Source: a virus (taxonomy: Duplodnaviria; Caudoviricetes). Taken from it: a DNA stretch of 37,201 nt. Each line of letters begins with the position of its first letter. Position 1 is the stretch's first letter. Shown piece by piece: positions 6,865 to 15,437 of this stretch. The stretch covers positions 1-37,201 of the IMG/VR virus record IMGVR_UViG_3300032253_000227; one strand, written 5' to 3'. The notes under the pieces are model-generated. The model did no database searches. It saw only the letters and a list, made by a program, of their open reading frames with translations, and was not told where the DNA came from. Both the position numbers and the translations under genes were made by a program.

Positions 6865-7451
6865 ATAAAATTGATGTCTGGAAACGGACGGCCACCGGTA
6901 AGATTTTCTTTTTGTTTTCACCTCAACGATCGGCCATCGCCATAGACGATATTGTGCAAAGCCTTGCGCGAATTTGTCGGTATGGCGGTGGTGTACGGTG
7001 GCCGTTACATTATAGCGTTGCTGAACATTCGGTCATATTGGCCCGTTATGTTCTGGACCGATATCCTGATCGCCCGATGCTGGCGATGCAGGCATTAATG
7101 CATGATGCTGCCGAGGCCCATATCGGCGATATGATCCGCCCGCTTAAAGATACTATGCCGGAGTTCATCACGATTGATAATCAAATCACATCTGTGATTT
7201 TTAAACATTTTAACATTCCTTGGCCGCTGGATCCGATCATCAAAGAAATTGATACCCGGATTTTAATGGATGAAGAGGCGCAAGTCCTGGTCCCGTGCGA
7301 CATCAATTTTGACTATCTCGATGTGAATCCGCTCGACGTGCGGCTATATGCGTGGGAGCGAGAAGAGGCCTACAGACAGTTTTTTGTCATATGGTCAGAG
7401 CTATGGGCCCAAATAGGTGCCAGCTCTCGGTTTCGGCGGGCGGTGGTCTGA
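6861..7451 (+). CDS. HD-domain phosphohydrolase (YfdR/5'-deoxynucleotidase-like)
   Basis: IDDIVQSLARICRYGG, HYSVAEHS, LMHDAAEAHIGD..RPLK. Confidence 0.9.
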   Translation: MNKIDVWKRTATGKIFFLFSPQRSAIAIDDIVQSLARICRYGGGVRWPLHYSVAEHSVILARYVLDRYPDRPMLAMQALMHDAAEAHIGDMIRPLKDTMPEFITIDNQITSVIFKHFNIPWPLDPIIKEIDTRILMDEEAQVLVPCDINFDYLDVNPLDVRLYAWEREEAYRQFFVIWSELWAQIGASSRFRRAVV

Positions 7452-7546
7452 TGTTATTGAAGGTTATCACAATCACACAGATCATTCTTATTGGCTCCGG
7501 CGTTCTATATGTCGGGGTCTTCATCATTGAGCAGGTGATGGGTTAA
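7451..7546 (+). CDS. 31-aa single-TM peptide
   Basis: MLLKVITITQIILIGSGVLYVGVFIIEQVMG; TGATG and TAATG overlaps at both ends. Confidence 0.55.
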   Translation: MLLKVITITQIILIGSGVLYVGVFIIEQVMG

Positions 7547-7692
7547 TGTTTTTATCCTCTGTCCGTGCGCTCAACGGTTATGCCCTTCGCGGTGACGATC
7601 TGATTGATCCGGATGCCCTGGCTCCGCCCGCGGATCCGGAACCTCCTCCCCCGTGCCCCCAAAGATTAAAAGAAAAAACAGACAAGAGGTAA
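7546..7692 (+). CDS. 48-aa proline-rich small protein
   Basis: TAATG-coupled start; ends 15 nt before the helicase ATG; below the ORF-track cutoff. Confidence 0.45.
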   Translation: MFLSSVRALNGYALRGDDLIDPDALAPPADPEPPPPCPQRLKEKTDKR

Positions 7693-7707
7693 TACGGGAG
7701 CTGGGAA

Positions 7708-9435
7708 ATGGAAAACGTAGTTTTGTTTAATGGCAAGGCCGGGGGCGGCAATAAGGACGGCGGCGGGAGTGCTAAGAAATCTCCTGCAGAATGCCCAGTT
7801 CGTGCCATTGGATTTAATGATGGCATTTACTACTATGTAACGCCGTCGGGATCGTTGCGGCATTTGGCGGCCCAAAAACACAGCCACAATAATATTTTCT
7901 CATTATTCGAGGATCGCGGGGATTGGCTCTATGACACATACCCCAAAGCATCCAGTCGAAGTAATGCCGCGAATTGGAATGCCATCGAGGTCGGAGAATA
8001 TTTGATGACTGAAGCTGCCAAGGTGGGGTTGGTAGATCTGGAGCAATCCTTGCGCGGCTTTGGCGTTTGGCGCGGCCGTGATGGCAAATTGATCATTCAT
8101 TGTGGCGATAAGCTACAGGTAAATGATGAATGGCAAGATGCTGGGCAAAAGATCGAGGATCGCTTTTTCATTGCGTTGCCCGCCATTGATCGGCCGGCAG
8201 ATCGTGAGGCGACTGGCCCCGAGATACAAAAACTATTCAGATTTATTCAAAATTCGTGGGCATGGGATAATTTTGATGGCGATCCCCGGCTGCTACTCGG
8301 CTGGATCGGTTGCGGCGCATTGGCGGGTGCCTTGAAATGGCGACCCCATGTATGGCTGACAGCGGATCGCGGTGCCGGGAAGTCTAAACTGGATGAACTG
8401 GTGCAATCAATGCTTGGATCGGGCGCAGACAAGGTTTCGGATCCGACGTCGGCGGGTGTTCGTGGAATCCTAGGTGTCTCGGCCCGTGGTATTTTGGCTG
8501 ATGAGGTGGAGCCGGGCGATAACCGCCGGGCCGAAGGCATGATTGAACTTGCTCGGATGGCGTCAACCGATAGCCAGGGCGCGGTTGTTCGCGGCACCTC
8601 GGACGGCCGCACGCAACGCTTTCCGATCCGCGCCTGTTTTTTGTTTTCTTCAATTCTCGTACCAAAGTTCCGACCGCAAGATTTTGGCCGGATTACGATT
8701 GTGGAAATGAAGTCATTGCCTGACAAATCAGCCGCGGAGATCCGAGATTTTGAGGTTATGTTTAAAGAACTCTGCGCACTCGGTGCAACCGTGCGGCGGC
8801 GCATGATAAATGCCTTTCCGCGCTTTGAGGCAAATTTGGACACTTACTCGGCGCTTATGGCCGCTGACGGTAATTCGCGGCGTGCTGCCGATCAGATCGC
8901 CACCTTGCTGGCGATGGCAGATGCGATCCTGCTTGATGATGTTGTTGATCATCCGGCTGCGCGTGAGGTCCTTTCAAAGCTGGATATATCCGCTCTGACC
9001 GGCGGGGATGAAATTGGCGATGATAAGGAATGCCTGCAGCATTTACTCTCCTCCAAGATGCTGGTTCGCTTTGCCGAAGGGACAAAGGATTTCACGATCG
9101 GGGAGTTGATCGAGGAGTGCCCGCCCAAGCATTCTGATTGGCATAATCGCCATTTAAGGCAAAACGGAATATCTGTTGTGGCCGAACATGGCGTTGAATA
9201 TCTGTTAATTTCAAACACTCATACGCAATTGAAACGCATATTCAAAGACACTCCGTGGGCCTCTGGCGGCCATAGCCGGGTGCTGAAAAGATTGCCATAT
9301 TCGCAGAACGGGATCACAAAAACAGTCTCATTCGCAGGGTTTAAATCTGCAGCAACATGGTTGTCGTTGGCAGATATGCCAATAACCAGACAGGTTGATG
9401 TGCCGATTGAAGGCGAAGAAAATGGCGGCCTCTAG
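7708..9435 (+). CDS. Phage replication P-loop NTPase / helicase (SF3/DUF927-like)
   Basis: Walker A variant WLTADRGAGKS, Walker B ILADE; immediately precedes the iteron array. Confidence 0.75.
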   Translation: MENVVLFNGKAGGGNKDGGGSAKKSPAECPVRAIGFNDGIYYYVTPSGSLRHLAAQKHSHNNIFSLFEDRGDWLYDTYPKASSRSNAANWNAIEVGEYLMTEAAKVGLVDLEQSLRGFGVWRGRDGKLIIHCGDKLQVNDEWQDAGQKIEDRFFIALPAIDRPADREATGPEIQKLFRFIQNSWAWDNFDGDPRLLLGWIGCGALAGALKWRPHVWLTADRGAGKSKLDELVQSMLGSGADKVSDPTSAGVRGILGVSARGILADEVEPGDNRRAEGMIELARMASTDSQGAVVRGTSDGRTQRFPIRACFLFSSILVPKFRPQDFGRITIVEMKSLPDKSAAEIRDFEVMFKELCALGATVRRRMINAFPRFEANLDTYSALMAADGNSRRAADQIATLLAMADAILLDDVVDHPAAREVLSKLDISALTGGDEIGDDKECLQHLLSSKMLVRFAEGTKDFTIGELIEECPPKHSDWHNRHLRQNGISVVAEHGVEYLLISNTHTQLKRIFKDTPWASGGHSRVLKRLPYSQNGITKTVSFAGFKSAATWLSLADMPITRQVDVPIEGEENGGL

Positions 9436-9500
9436 TTTTTTTTACCCCCCACACCCCCAAGAAAGAGAAAAGGAGCTTTGCACGTTATGTGTGTAAATTT

Positions 9501-9774
9501 CAAATCTTACCGCAAATCTTACCGCAAATCTTACCGCAAAAGGTGCTTAATTTCGTTGTTTTTAAAGGGTTTTTCAGGGGAGCAGTAAGAGAGTAAGAGA
9601 GTAAGACGGAAAAACTAGGTTTATGTGCGCACATGCAAGTGCGTACATATAGATAAAACCCGTCTTACTCTCTTACTCTCTTACCTTAAAGGGAAATAAG
9701 TCAATAAAAACAGTAAAAAATGGCCGTTTTTGCGGTAAGATTTGCGGTAAGACGCAGAATTCAAATCTTACCGC
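9501..9774. repeat. Nested direct and inverted iteron array, probable replication origin
   Basis: CAAATCTTACCG x3 (9501-9536), AGTAAGAG x3 (9584-9606), central palindrome (9622-9649), TCTTACTC x3 (9663-9684), TTTGCGGTAAGA x2 (9729-9752), one more CAAATCTTACCG (9762-9773). Confidence 0.85.
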
Positions 9775-9805
9775 TCGTAGTTTAACCAGTAGCGAGGATC
9801 AAATT

Positions 9806-10429
9806 ATGCAAGAGCAAGCAATGTTACAAATACGCGATCAAAACCTATCTGTCAAAATTAGCCGGCTGCGGCGTATCGGCCCCGCTTCACATTTGGAGCT
9901 AGTGAAAACAGAACGTGAGTTGCAAGCCGTTCGATCCGAACGTGCTGCATTGGCTGCCTCACATAAATTTGAGGAGATCCGCAAAAGCCGAATTCGCATT
10001 GACCCGGTGCTGGCACTTTTTCGAGGTGGTGAGATCGATCAAGAACAATTCACTGCTGCCGAGCAAATCTGTGATGTGTGGGAAGCGATCTCCAAAGGCC
10101 GAAATCTGCAGGCTGGAAACATGGAGCCAACCATCCGTGCCGACCGCCAGTACGAAGCCCCGTTGGAGAAATTACCATTTGCGGTTGATGCTATTTATCG
10201 ACGTCGCTGGATCCCCTGGGCAAACGTCATGTCAAAATCATTTATATCCGTAGGGTCAAATCGGCGGCTGCGAATTGTCAGGTCTTTGGATGTGATGATT
10301 GACATCGCTGCCGAGCGAAAAACACTATCTGAAACAGTTTTGAAAATCGGGATGCGAAAAAGTGAAGGTTTGGAACGCCTGAAAATAATTATTTTCAGAG
10401 GCCTCAACGCTTGGGTGGCTCTACGTTAG
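9806..10429 (+). CDS. Putative late-gene activator/antiterminator (DUF6456/GafA C-terminal-like)
   Basis: Q-gene position before the late operon; DPVLALFRGGEIDQEQFTAAEQI motif. Confidence 0.5.
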   Translation: MQEQAMLQIRDQNLSVKISRLRRIGPASHLELVKTERELQAVRSERAALAASHKFEEIRKSRIRIDPVLALFRGGEIDQEQFTAAEQICDVWEAISKGRNLQAGNMEPTIRADRQYEAPLEKLPFAVDAIYRRRWIPWANVMSKSFISVGSNRRLRIVRSLDVMIDIAAERKTLSETVLKIGMRKSEGLERLKIIIFRGLNAWVALR

Positions 10430-10465
10430 AGGGGTGCTGAAATTCCACTTTTTCCTAGGGGGGTA

Positions 10466-10493
10466 TTTACACGGGAACCAGAATTTGTATGTT
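10466..10493 (+). promoter_or_regulatory. Candidate late promoter
   Basis: TTTACA-16 bp-TATGTT between the activator gene and a leader terminator. Confidence 0.35.
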
Positions 10494-10561
10494 TTTATTA
10501 CTGGTTGATAAATGCGCCAGCGAGCTAACGAAGTGTCGATGGGTCTTCCTTCGTTATTCAT

Positions 10562-10597
10562 AAAACCCGGTTGTCAGAGATGGCACCGGGTTTTTTA
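10562..10597 (+). terminator. Intrinsic terminator in the late leader (tR'-like)
   Basis: AAAACCCGGT...ACCGGGTTTTTT stem with GAGA loop and U-tract. Confidence 0.8.
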
Positions 10598-10623
10598 TTG
10601 GAAATTTTGATGATTGTAGGTAG

Positions 10624-11067
10624 ATGGCTTTAATCCTTGTTCAGCTAGCACAAAACAAAAACCAACACGCCGCAACGCTCGCCGAAGAAACGGCAACGCG
10701 GATCAATCGCGGTGATGTGGTTCGGGTGCTGAAAAACAGGGATGATGTGGGGATCCGGCAGAGCAAGCAGAAATGGATCAAGGCCGGACGCACAGCGGCT
10801 GATTTCTCGTTGGCCTTTGTCATTGTCGAGATTACTGATATGACGGACGCGCAGGCCGAAAAGCTGGTTGCGCCCTTTCCGGAGATTACCGAAGAAAATC
10901 CGGATGATGAAATTGTATATAACCGCCGATGGGGTTTTGAAGCCTCGGCTATCTCGCCAGCCCGGCAAGCCGAACTGATCACAAATGGCGAAATCGTGAC
11001 AAACCGCGCGGCACTTACAAACGTGCTGGTGGATGATCTGGGCGTATTGACGGTGGCTGATTTATAG
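10624..11067 (+). CDS. Hypothetical protein of the fibre module
   Basis: First late gene; stop abuts the start of the fibre gene. Confidence 0.7.
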   Translation: MALILVQLAQNKNQHAATLAEETATRINRGDVVRVLKNRDDVGIRQSKQKWIKAGRTAADFSLAFVIVEITDMTDAQAEKLVAPFPEITEENPDDEIVYNRRWGFEASAISPARQAELITNGEIVTNRAALTNVLVDDLGVLTVADL

Positions 11068-13089
11068 ATGGCAACGCAAATCACATACAATATTTGTGCG
11101 GCAGATTCTTGGGTGGCTGCCCAAGCGGTTACGCTCGGTGATCGGCGTCTGACCGGTACAGCGCAGCTGATCGAATGTACTATTGCGGGCACCACGGGCG
11201 GCACCTCGCCGCTATTCGCCGCGCCGGGCGATATCGTGGTCGATGGATCGGTAACGTGGAAATTCCTGTGTGTGCAGGATTACGCCATTCATACCGATTT
11301 CATTGCTGATATCGGGGTTGGAATATCTGATACTCTGGTTACTGATAACGAGAATTGGATGGTCTACATTTGGCATGACCGTCGGGGTGCTTATTGGCAA
11401 GGATCAACGAGCTCAACTATTGATTTTGCTGAAGGGACATCTGCAACAAATAGAATGGTGATTAGCCCGCCGGCAGGGGATTCCATTTGGGAAAATATCG
11501 AACGTGGTGTTGATCCTGTTCGTTTTGACGAAAATTACGGTACCGCGATTATCAACAATAAATACGTTCAGGTGATTTTGTTGAATTCTGGATGTGGATA
11601 TTGTGAAGTCCTAAATATTCAAGCTAAAACAAACGCCTCAAATTCTTATGGTTTTAAATCGACCACAAATGGTGCTTTGATTTCAGGGTGTCTAGTACAA
11701 GCAGCTGCGAATTTATCTGGGCGAAATTTGTTTGATAGCGGTCAAGGACGGCTTGAAAACTGCATAGCTATTTCTGGAAGTACGGCGGGGACCACATTAT
11801 TCAGTGTACCTTGGGGGGGCGAACTTGAAAACTGTCTGGCCGTTGATCTGAATGGCGTTAGTACGGGTTATTGGATCAACAATACATCAGGATCACGACT
11901 AACAAACTGTGTAGGCGTTGGTAATTTGACAGACTTTACAGGTGTAGGTGTGGTCACGTTAAACACTTGCACCGGCAATGTATCCTCTGACGGCACCGCC
12001 GGGACACAGTTTCCAACACAAGCAGGAACAATTTCAAACGGTGTCGATCTCGTGACCGATGCATCAAGTCTCGCTAATGTGGATGTTCAGCCGTTAGCCA
12101 CATCCTCGGCTTTTGTGGTCAATCCGGCAGAGGTTGATTTCAGCTTAACCCCCGCCAATGACGTGTTCGGAGAGCCTCGGACCATTGGCGTTGCTAATTT
12201 TCGCGGTGCGGTATGTTCGTTGGCGACAGCGGTGGCGGTGGTCTTGACCGCACAAGATATGTCTATGTCTTCGCAGATGGCTAATGCGGCGTTGCTGGCA
12301 GTCAACACTCTGTCTGCTCAAGGTCTGAAAGTATCGAGCGCATTATCCAATACGTCATTGGTGACAATAGATCAGCTGGCTGCTGCGGGCATATCAGTTG
12401 CGCCACAAATGGCTGCTGGGGATCTCGTTGAATTTGCGGCATTGGCCGCGCAAGGGCTGCAAGTTAGCTCTTTGCTGTCTGATGTCACTTTAACCACCGA
12501 GGTTGGCCTTGCCGTTCAGCAAATGACTGTGGGCGTGCAGATGTCGTCTGTTACGTTGACCGGCTCCGGTGCGTTGATTGCCTCGGGCCTTCAATTGGTC
12601 GGGCAGCTGGTCGGGGTATCGCTTGGCGGTGCATCGGATTTATTTGCTAATGATCTGTCAGTTAATGGCTTGATGCCGCCGGTCAGTTTTTCCGGTACCA
12701 ACGCCTTAACGGCTGCGGATATCGCCGTTGCTGCGCAAATGGCTGCTGGTGATCTGTCGGCGCTAAGCACGCTGGAAGTAGCTGACATGATCAGTGTCTT
12801 GCAGATGGCAGATGCGCAATTGCTTACGGCGGTTGGTCTGGACGCTCAAGCGTTGATAACTGCTTTGAATATGCAAGCGGACACAGTGACCGGCACATCC
12901 AGTTTGCAGGCTAATAGCCTGTCGGTTCAGTTGACGTTGTATCAAGCGTTGCTAGTTGTTGGCACGTTGAAGGTTGTCGTTGGTGGGCGACTATCATGGG
13001 CGGATACCGGATCATTATCATGGCAGCCCGACGATCGGTCATTGAAGATAGAGAACGCCATCCGAAAATTAAGTTTTGCAGAGGAGTAG
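11068..13089 (+). CDS. Virion fibre/adhesin: carbohydrate-binding-like N-terminus, beta-helix-like centre, 11 x 22-aa repeats
   Basis: SWVAAQAVTLGD...CTIAGTTGG...VVDGSVTW; repeated LENCxA/LTNCxG rungs; periodic C-terminal repeats. Confidence 0.7.
   Translation: MATQITYNICAADSWVAAQAVTLGDRRLTGTAQLIECTIAGTTGGTSPLFAAPGDIVVDGSVTWKFLCVQDYAIHTDFIADIGVGISDTLVTDNENWMVYIWHDRRGAYWQGSTSSTIDFAEGTSATNRMVISPPAGDSIWENIERGVDPVRFDENYGTAIINNKYVQVILLNSGCGYCEVLNIQAKTNASNSYGFKSTTNGALISGCLVQAAANLSGRNLFDSGQGRLENCIAISGSTAGTTLFSVPWGGELENCLAVDLNGVSTGYWINNTSGSRLTNCVGVGNLTDFTGVGVVTLNTCTGNVSSDGTAGTQFPTQAGTISNGVDLVTDASSLANVDVQPLATSSAFVVNPAEVDFSLTPANDVFGEPRTIGVANFRGAVCSLATAVAVVLTAQDMSMSSQMANAALLAVNTLSAQGLKVSSALSNTSLVTIDQLAAAGISVAPQMAAGDLVEFAALAAQGLQVSSLLSDVTLTTEVGLAVQQMTVGVQMSSVTLTGSGALIASGLQLVGQLVGVSLGGASDLFANDLSVNGLMPPVSFSGTNALTAADIAVAAQMAAGDLSALSTLEVADMISVLQMADAQLLTAVGLDAQALITALNMQADTVTGTSSLQANSLSVQLTLYQALLVVGTLKVVVGGRLSWADTGSLSWQPDDRSLKIENAIRKLSFAEE
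12238..12963 (+). repeat. Eleven tandem 66-bp (22-aa) degenerate repeats
   Basis: Consensus xxLxAxxLxVxxxM/LxxxxL in exact register; CAAATGGCTGCTGG(G/T)GATCT occurs in repeats 3 and 8. Confidence 0.85.
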
Positions 13090-13093
13090 AAGA

Positions 13094-13309
13094 ATGCAAA
13101 TCAAGTTCCTTGAGCCGTTCAAATATGACGGTCAGCAATATGATGTTGGGGATGTGAAAACATTTGCTGATAATATCGCCAAATCTGTCGTTGATGCCGG
13201 TTTGGCCGAAGATGTTAGCGGCACCATGGCGACTGGCACGCGGACAGTCTCGCGGCCAGAATTGGTTGTTGCCGATTTGGAAGTTAAAGCAGATGGGGGT
13301 GTGGTCTGA
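13094..13309 (+). CDS. Small virion-associated protein
   Basis: MQIKFLEPFKYDGQQYDVGD...VDAGLAE; GAGGAG RBS. Confidence 0.7.
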   Translation: MQIKFLEPFKYDGQQYDVGDVKTFADNIAKSVVDAGLAEDVSGTMATGTRTVSRPELVVADLEVKADGGVV

Positions 13310-13677
13310 TGGCTGTATTCATGTCCGATACCCTGCTTGATGCCATTGCAGATGTGATGATTGCTGGCTTCAATCAGGTGACCGTGTGCGCCGGTCAGCC
13401 AGCGAATATTGTGGCAATTGGCACTAATGCTCTTGCTCAAACGGCACTGGTCGGTGGTGATTATACAAAAGCAAATGGTGATGTCAGTGGCCGCAAAGTG
13501 ACCACGGCAGCAAAGGCAGCTGTGAATATCGCCACATCGGGTACGGCAGATCATATTGTGCTGGATGATGGTGTAAAATTTGCGGTATTTACCTGCACAT
13601 CGAAGGTGATCACGGCAGGCGATAAAGTGGATATCCCTGCGCTGACATTCACTGCGCCTGATCCGGTGGCTGCTTAA
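13309..13677 (+). CDS. Small beta-rich virion fibre subunit
   Basis: ANGDVSGRKVT...SGTADHIVL...TAGDKVDIPA pattern seen in phage fibre subunits; TGATG-coupled. Confidence 0.6.
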   Translation: MAVFMSDTLLDAIADVMIAGFNQVTVCAGQPANIVAIGTNALAQTALVGGDYTKANGDVSGRKVTTAAKAAVNIATSGTADHIVLDDGVKFAVFTCTSKVITAGDKVDIPALTFTAPDPVAA

Positions 13678-13998
13678 ATGTCTACCGGTGTGATTTATAC
13701 CGGGCGCGACAATGCGCCCGTGCTGGTGTTTGAAGATGATGCTGGCACCTATGACCTGTCAGCTGCCACCAAGATCGCCGTAACGATTGCGGGTCAGACT
13801 TTTGATACCGTGGGCAACCCCGGCAGCTTTGATGTGTCAGATTTGGTGAATGGTCGGTTGGGTCTGAAGTTGGGGCAGGCGGGTATTACTGCTGGCCGCT
13901 ATCCGGTCACGGTCGACGTCTACAGTGTGTTGGAACCGAATGGCTGGACATGGGCAGATGCTGATGATCTCGTGCCAGTATTCACGTTGGTTGTTTAG
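13678..13998 (+). CDS. Ig-like/BppU-N-like adaptor protein
   Basis: IYTGRD...VFED..G.YDLSAAT...AGRYPVTVDV pattern. Confidence 0.5.
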   Translation: MSTGVIYTGRDNAPVLVFEDDAGTYDLSAATKIAVTIAGQTFDTVGNPGSFDVSDLVNGRLGLKLGQAGITAGRYPVTVDVYSVLEPNGWTWADADDLVPVFTLVV

Positions 13999-14597
13999 TG
14001 CAACTGAAAGTTAAAATTCAGACAAAAGGTGTCCTGAAATTCCTTGAGCGCTTGCACAGAAAACAACTGCCGTTCGCCACGGCGAGCACTCTCAATGAAA
14101 CTATTTTCGCAGTGCGAAAGCAAATTGTAGGGTCAACTTGGAACCAAGCATTTGATGTGAAAAATACCAGGGCCGCAACAGCTGCCTTTCGGATACGCAA
14201 GGCGTCCAAGCGTCGGTTGGCAGCATCGATATATGATCGCCTTGGCCGATCCTCGTTGGCGTTACACGCTAGTGGTGGAACAAAGCGCCCGCGAGGTGGT
14301 CGTTTGGCAATTCCAACCAGCAATATTAAGCGCACTGCAACAGGTAAGATCAGTAAATCAAAGCGTCCGCAGGGTCTAAAAAACTCATTTGTTGCCGATC
14401 TGAATGGCCGCGGCCTTGGCGTTTGGCAGCGATATGGCCGCAAGGGCTCAAAGCTTCGGCTTATGTACGACCTAGAGCGCACAGCGCGGATCCGGAAGCG
14501 CTTTAAGTTCTACGAGGATGCGGAGAAAGTTGCGCTTCGGGTATATCCGAAGGCATTCGAGAGAAACTTCATTAAAGCGGTTCGAACCGCTCGATAA
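13998..14597 (+). CDS. Tail completion / neck protein (lambda gpZ-like)
   Basis: Highly basic; KQLPFATASTLNET motif; located before the cos/terminase region. Confidence 0.6.
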   Translation: MQLKVKIQTKGVLKFLERLHRKQLPFATASTLNETIFAVRKQIVGSTWNQAFDVKNTRAATAAFRIRKASKRRLAASIYDRLGRSSLALHASGGTKRPRGGRLAIPTSNIKRTATGKISKSKRPQGLKNSFVADLNGRGLGVWQRYGRKGSKLRLMYDLERTARIRKRFKFYEDAEKVALRVYPKAFERNFIKAVRTAR

Positions 14598-14694
14598 ATT
14601 ATAGCAACGGAGGAAGGCCGCGGATACGGCCGCGTCGGTCATGGTCGCCGAGCACCATGCCTCGAAAGCTCGGCATTTTCTTAGCTGCGCCTAA

Positions 14695-14765
14695 AAATAG
14701 AAAAGGTACTTTGACGGACCTCAACCGTCACGGGGAACGCACAACCCCAGAAAATTGATGTATTT
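14695..14765. other. Probable cos/packaging initiation region
   Basis: Non-coding gap directly upstream of a Nu1/gpA-type terminase; exact cut site cannot be determined by eye. Confidence 0.4.
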
Positions 14766-14825
14766 CAGAGTTTTAAAGCCCTCTGGTTTTTGTTTTTGTT
14801 TTTGATCTTCAAATAAATTGAGAGA

Positions 14826-15437
14826 ATGGTGCGGAGAGCTGTCGGAGAGTTAGTAGTGTTAAAACCGGAGACCGAAGTAACTGAAGAGATCCGCGGGCTT
14901 GAGGAGACTGCACGATTTTTTGAGGTCTCAGTGCCAACGGTCAAAAGCTGGATTGTTGACGGATGCCCGGTCAAACAAAAAGGCGGCAACGGTGTCGCTT
15001 ATCAAGTTGAGTTGCGCAAAGTCGCGAAATGGTTAAAGGATCGCCAAGACCATCGCGATCAGTCTGAGGCCGATCAGGCCGCGCGGGATGCGCAGCTCAA
15101 ACTTGAATTGCTTGGTGAAGATCAATTGCCGGAAATTGGCGATGGAAAACTGAGTAATAAGGGCCGCGCCGAAGCGATCAAAGCTGAACTCGATAAAATC
15201 AAACTGGCACAATTGCGCCGGCAACTGGTGAGTGCCGATGAAATGCGTTTAGAGTTGGTGGACTTGTTTCAAGAGATCCGCGATCGGTTGCGAGTTTTAC
15301 CTGATGATCTAGCCCGTGATTTTGATCTCAGTGAAGACCAAGCGCAAGCCATGCTCGATAGTATCGATGATTTTTTAAATGATCTAGCTGACAAAATGGA
15401 GACGATGGGCAAGGAGGATGAAAGTGCGGCTGCATGA
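14826..15437 (+). CDS. terS: Terminase small subunit (Nu1-like)
   Basis: Winged HTH LEETARFFEVSVPTVKSWIVDGCP, coiled coil; upstream of TerL. Confidence 0.88.
   Translation: MVRRAVGELVVLKPETEVTEEIRGLEETARFFEVSVPTVKSWIVDGCPVKQKGGNGVAYQVELRKVAKWLKDRQDHRDQSEADQAARDAQLKLELLGEDQLPEIGDGKLSNKGRAEAIKAELDKIKLAQLRRQLVSADEMRLELVDLFQEIRDRLRVLPDDLARDFDLSEDQAQAMLDSIDDFLNDLADKMETMGKEDESAAA

Noticed and set aside
9501-9774. CRISPR array
   Set aside because: Repeats are 8-12 bp, tandem and inverted, with no unique spacers and no cas genes
14640-14675. Overlapping short inverted repeats before the cos region as an ncRNA
   Set aside because: Stems of only 6-7 bp in GC-rich DNA; could be chance or terminase sites
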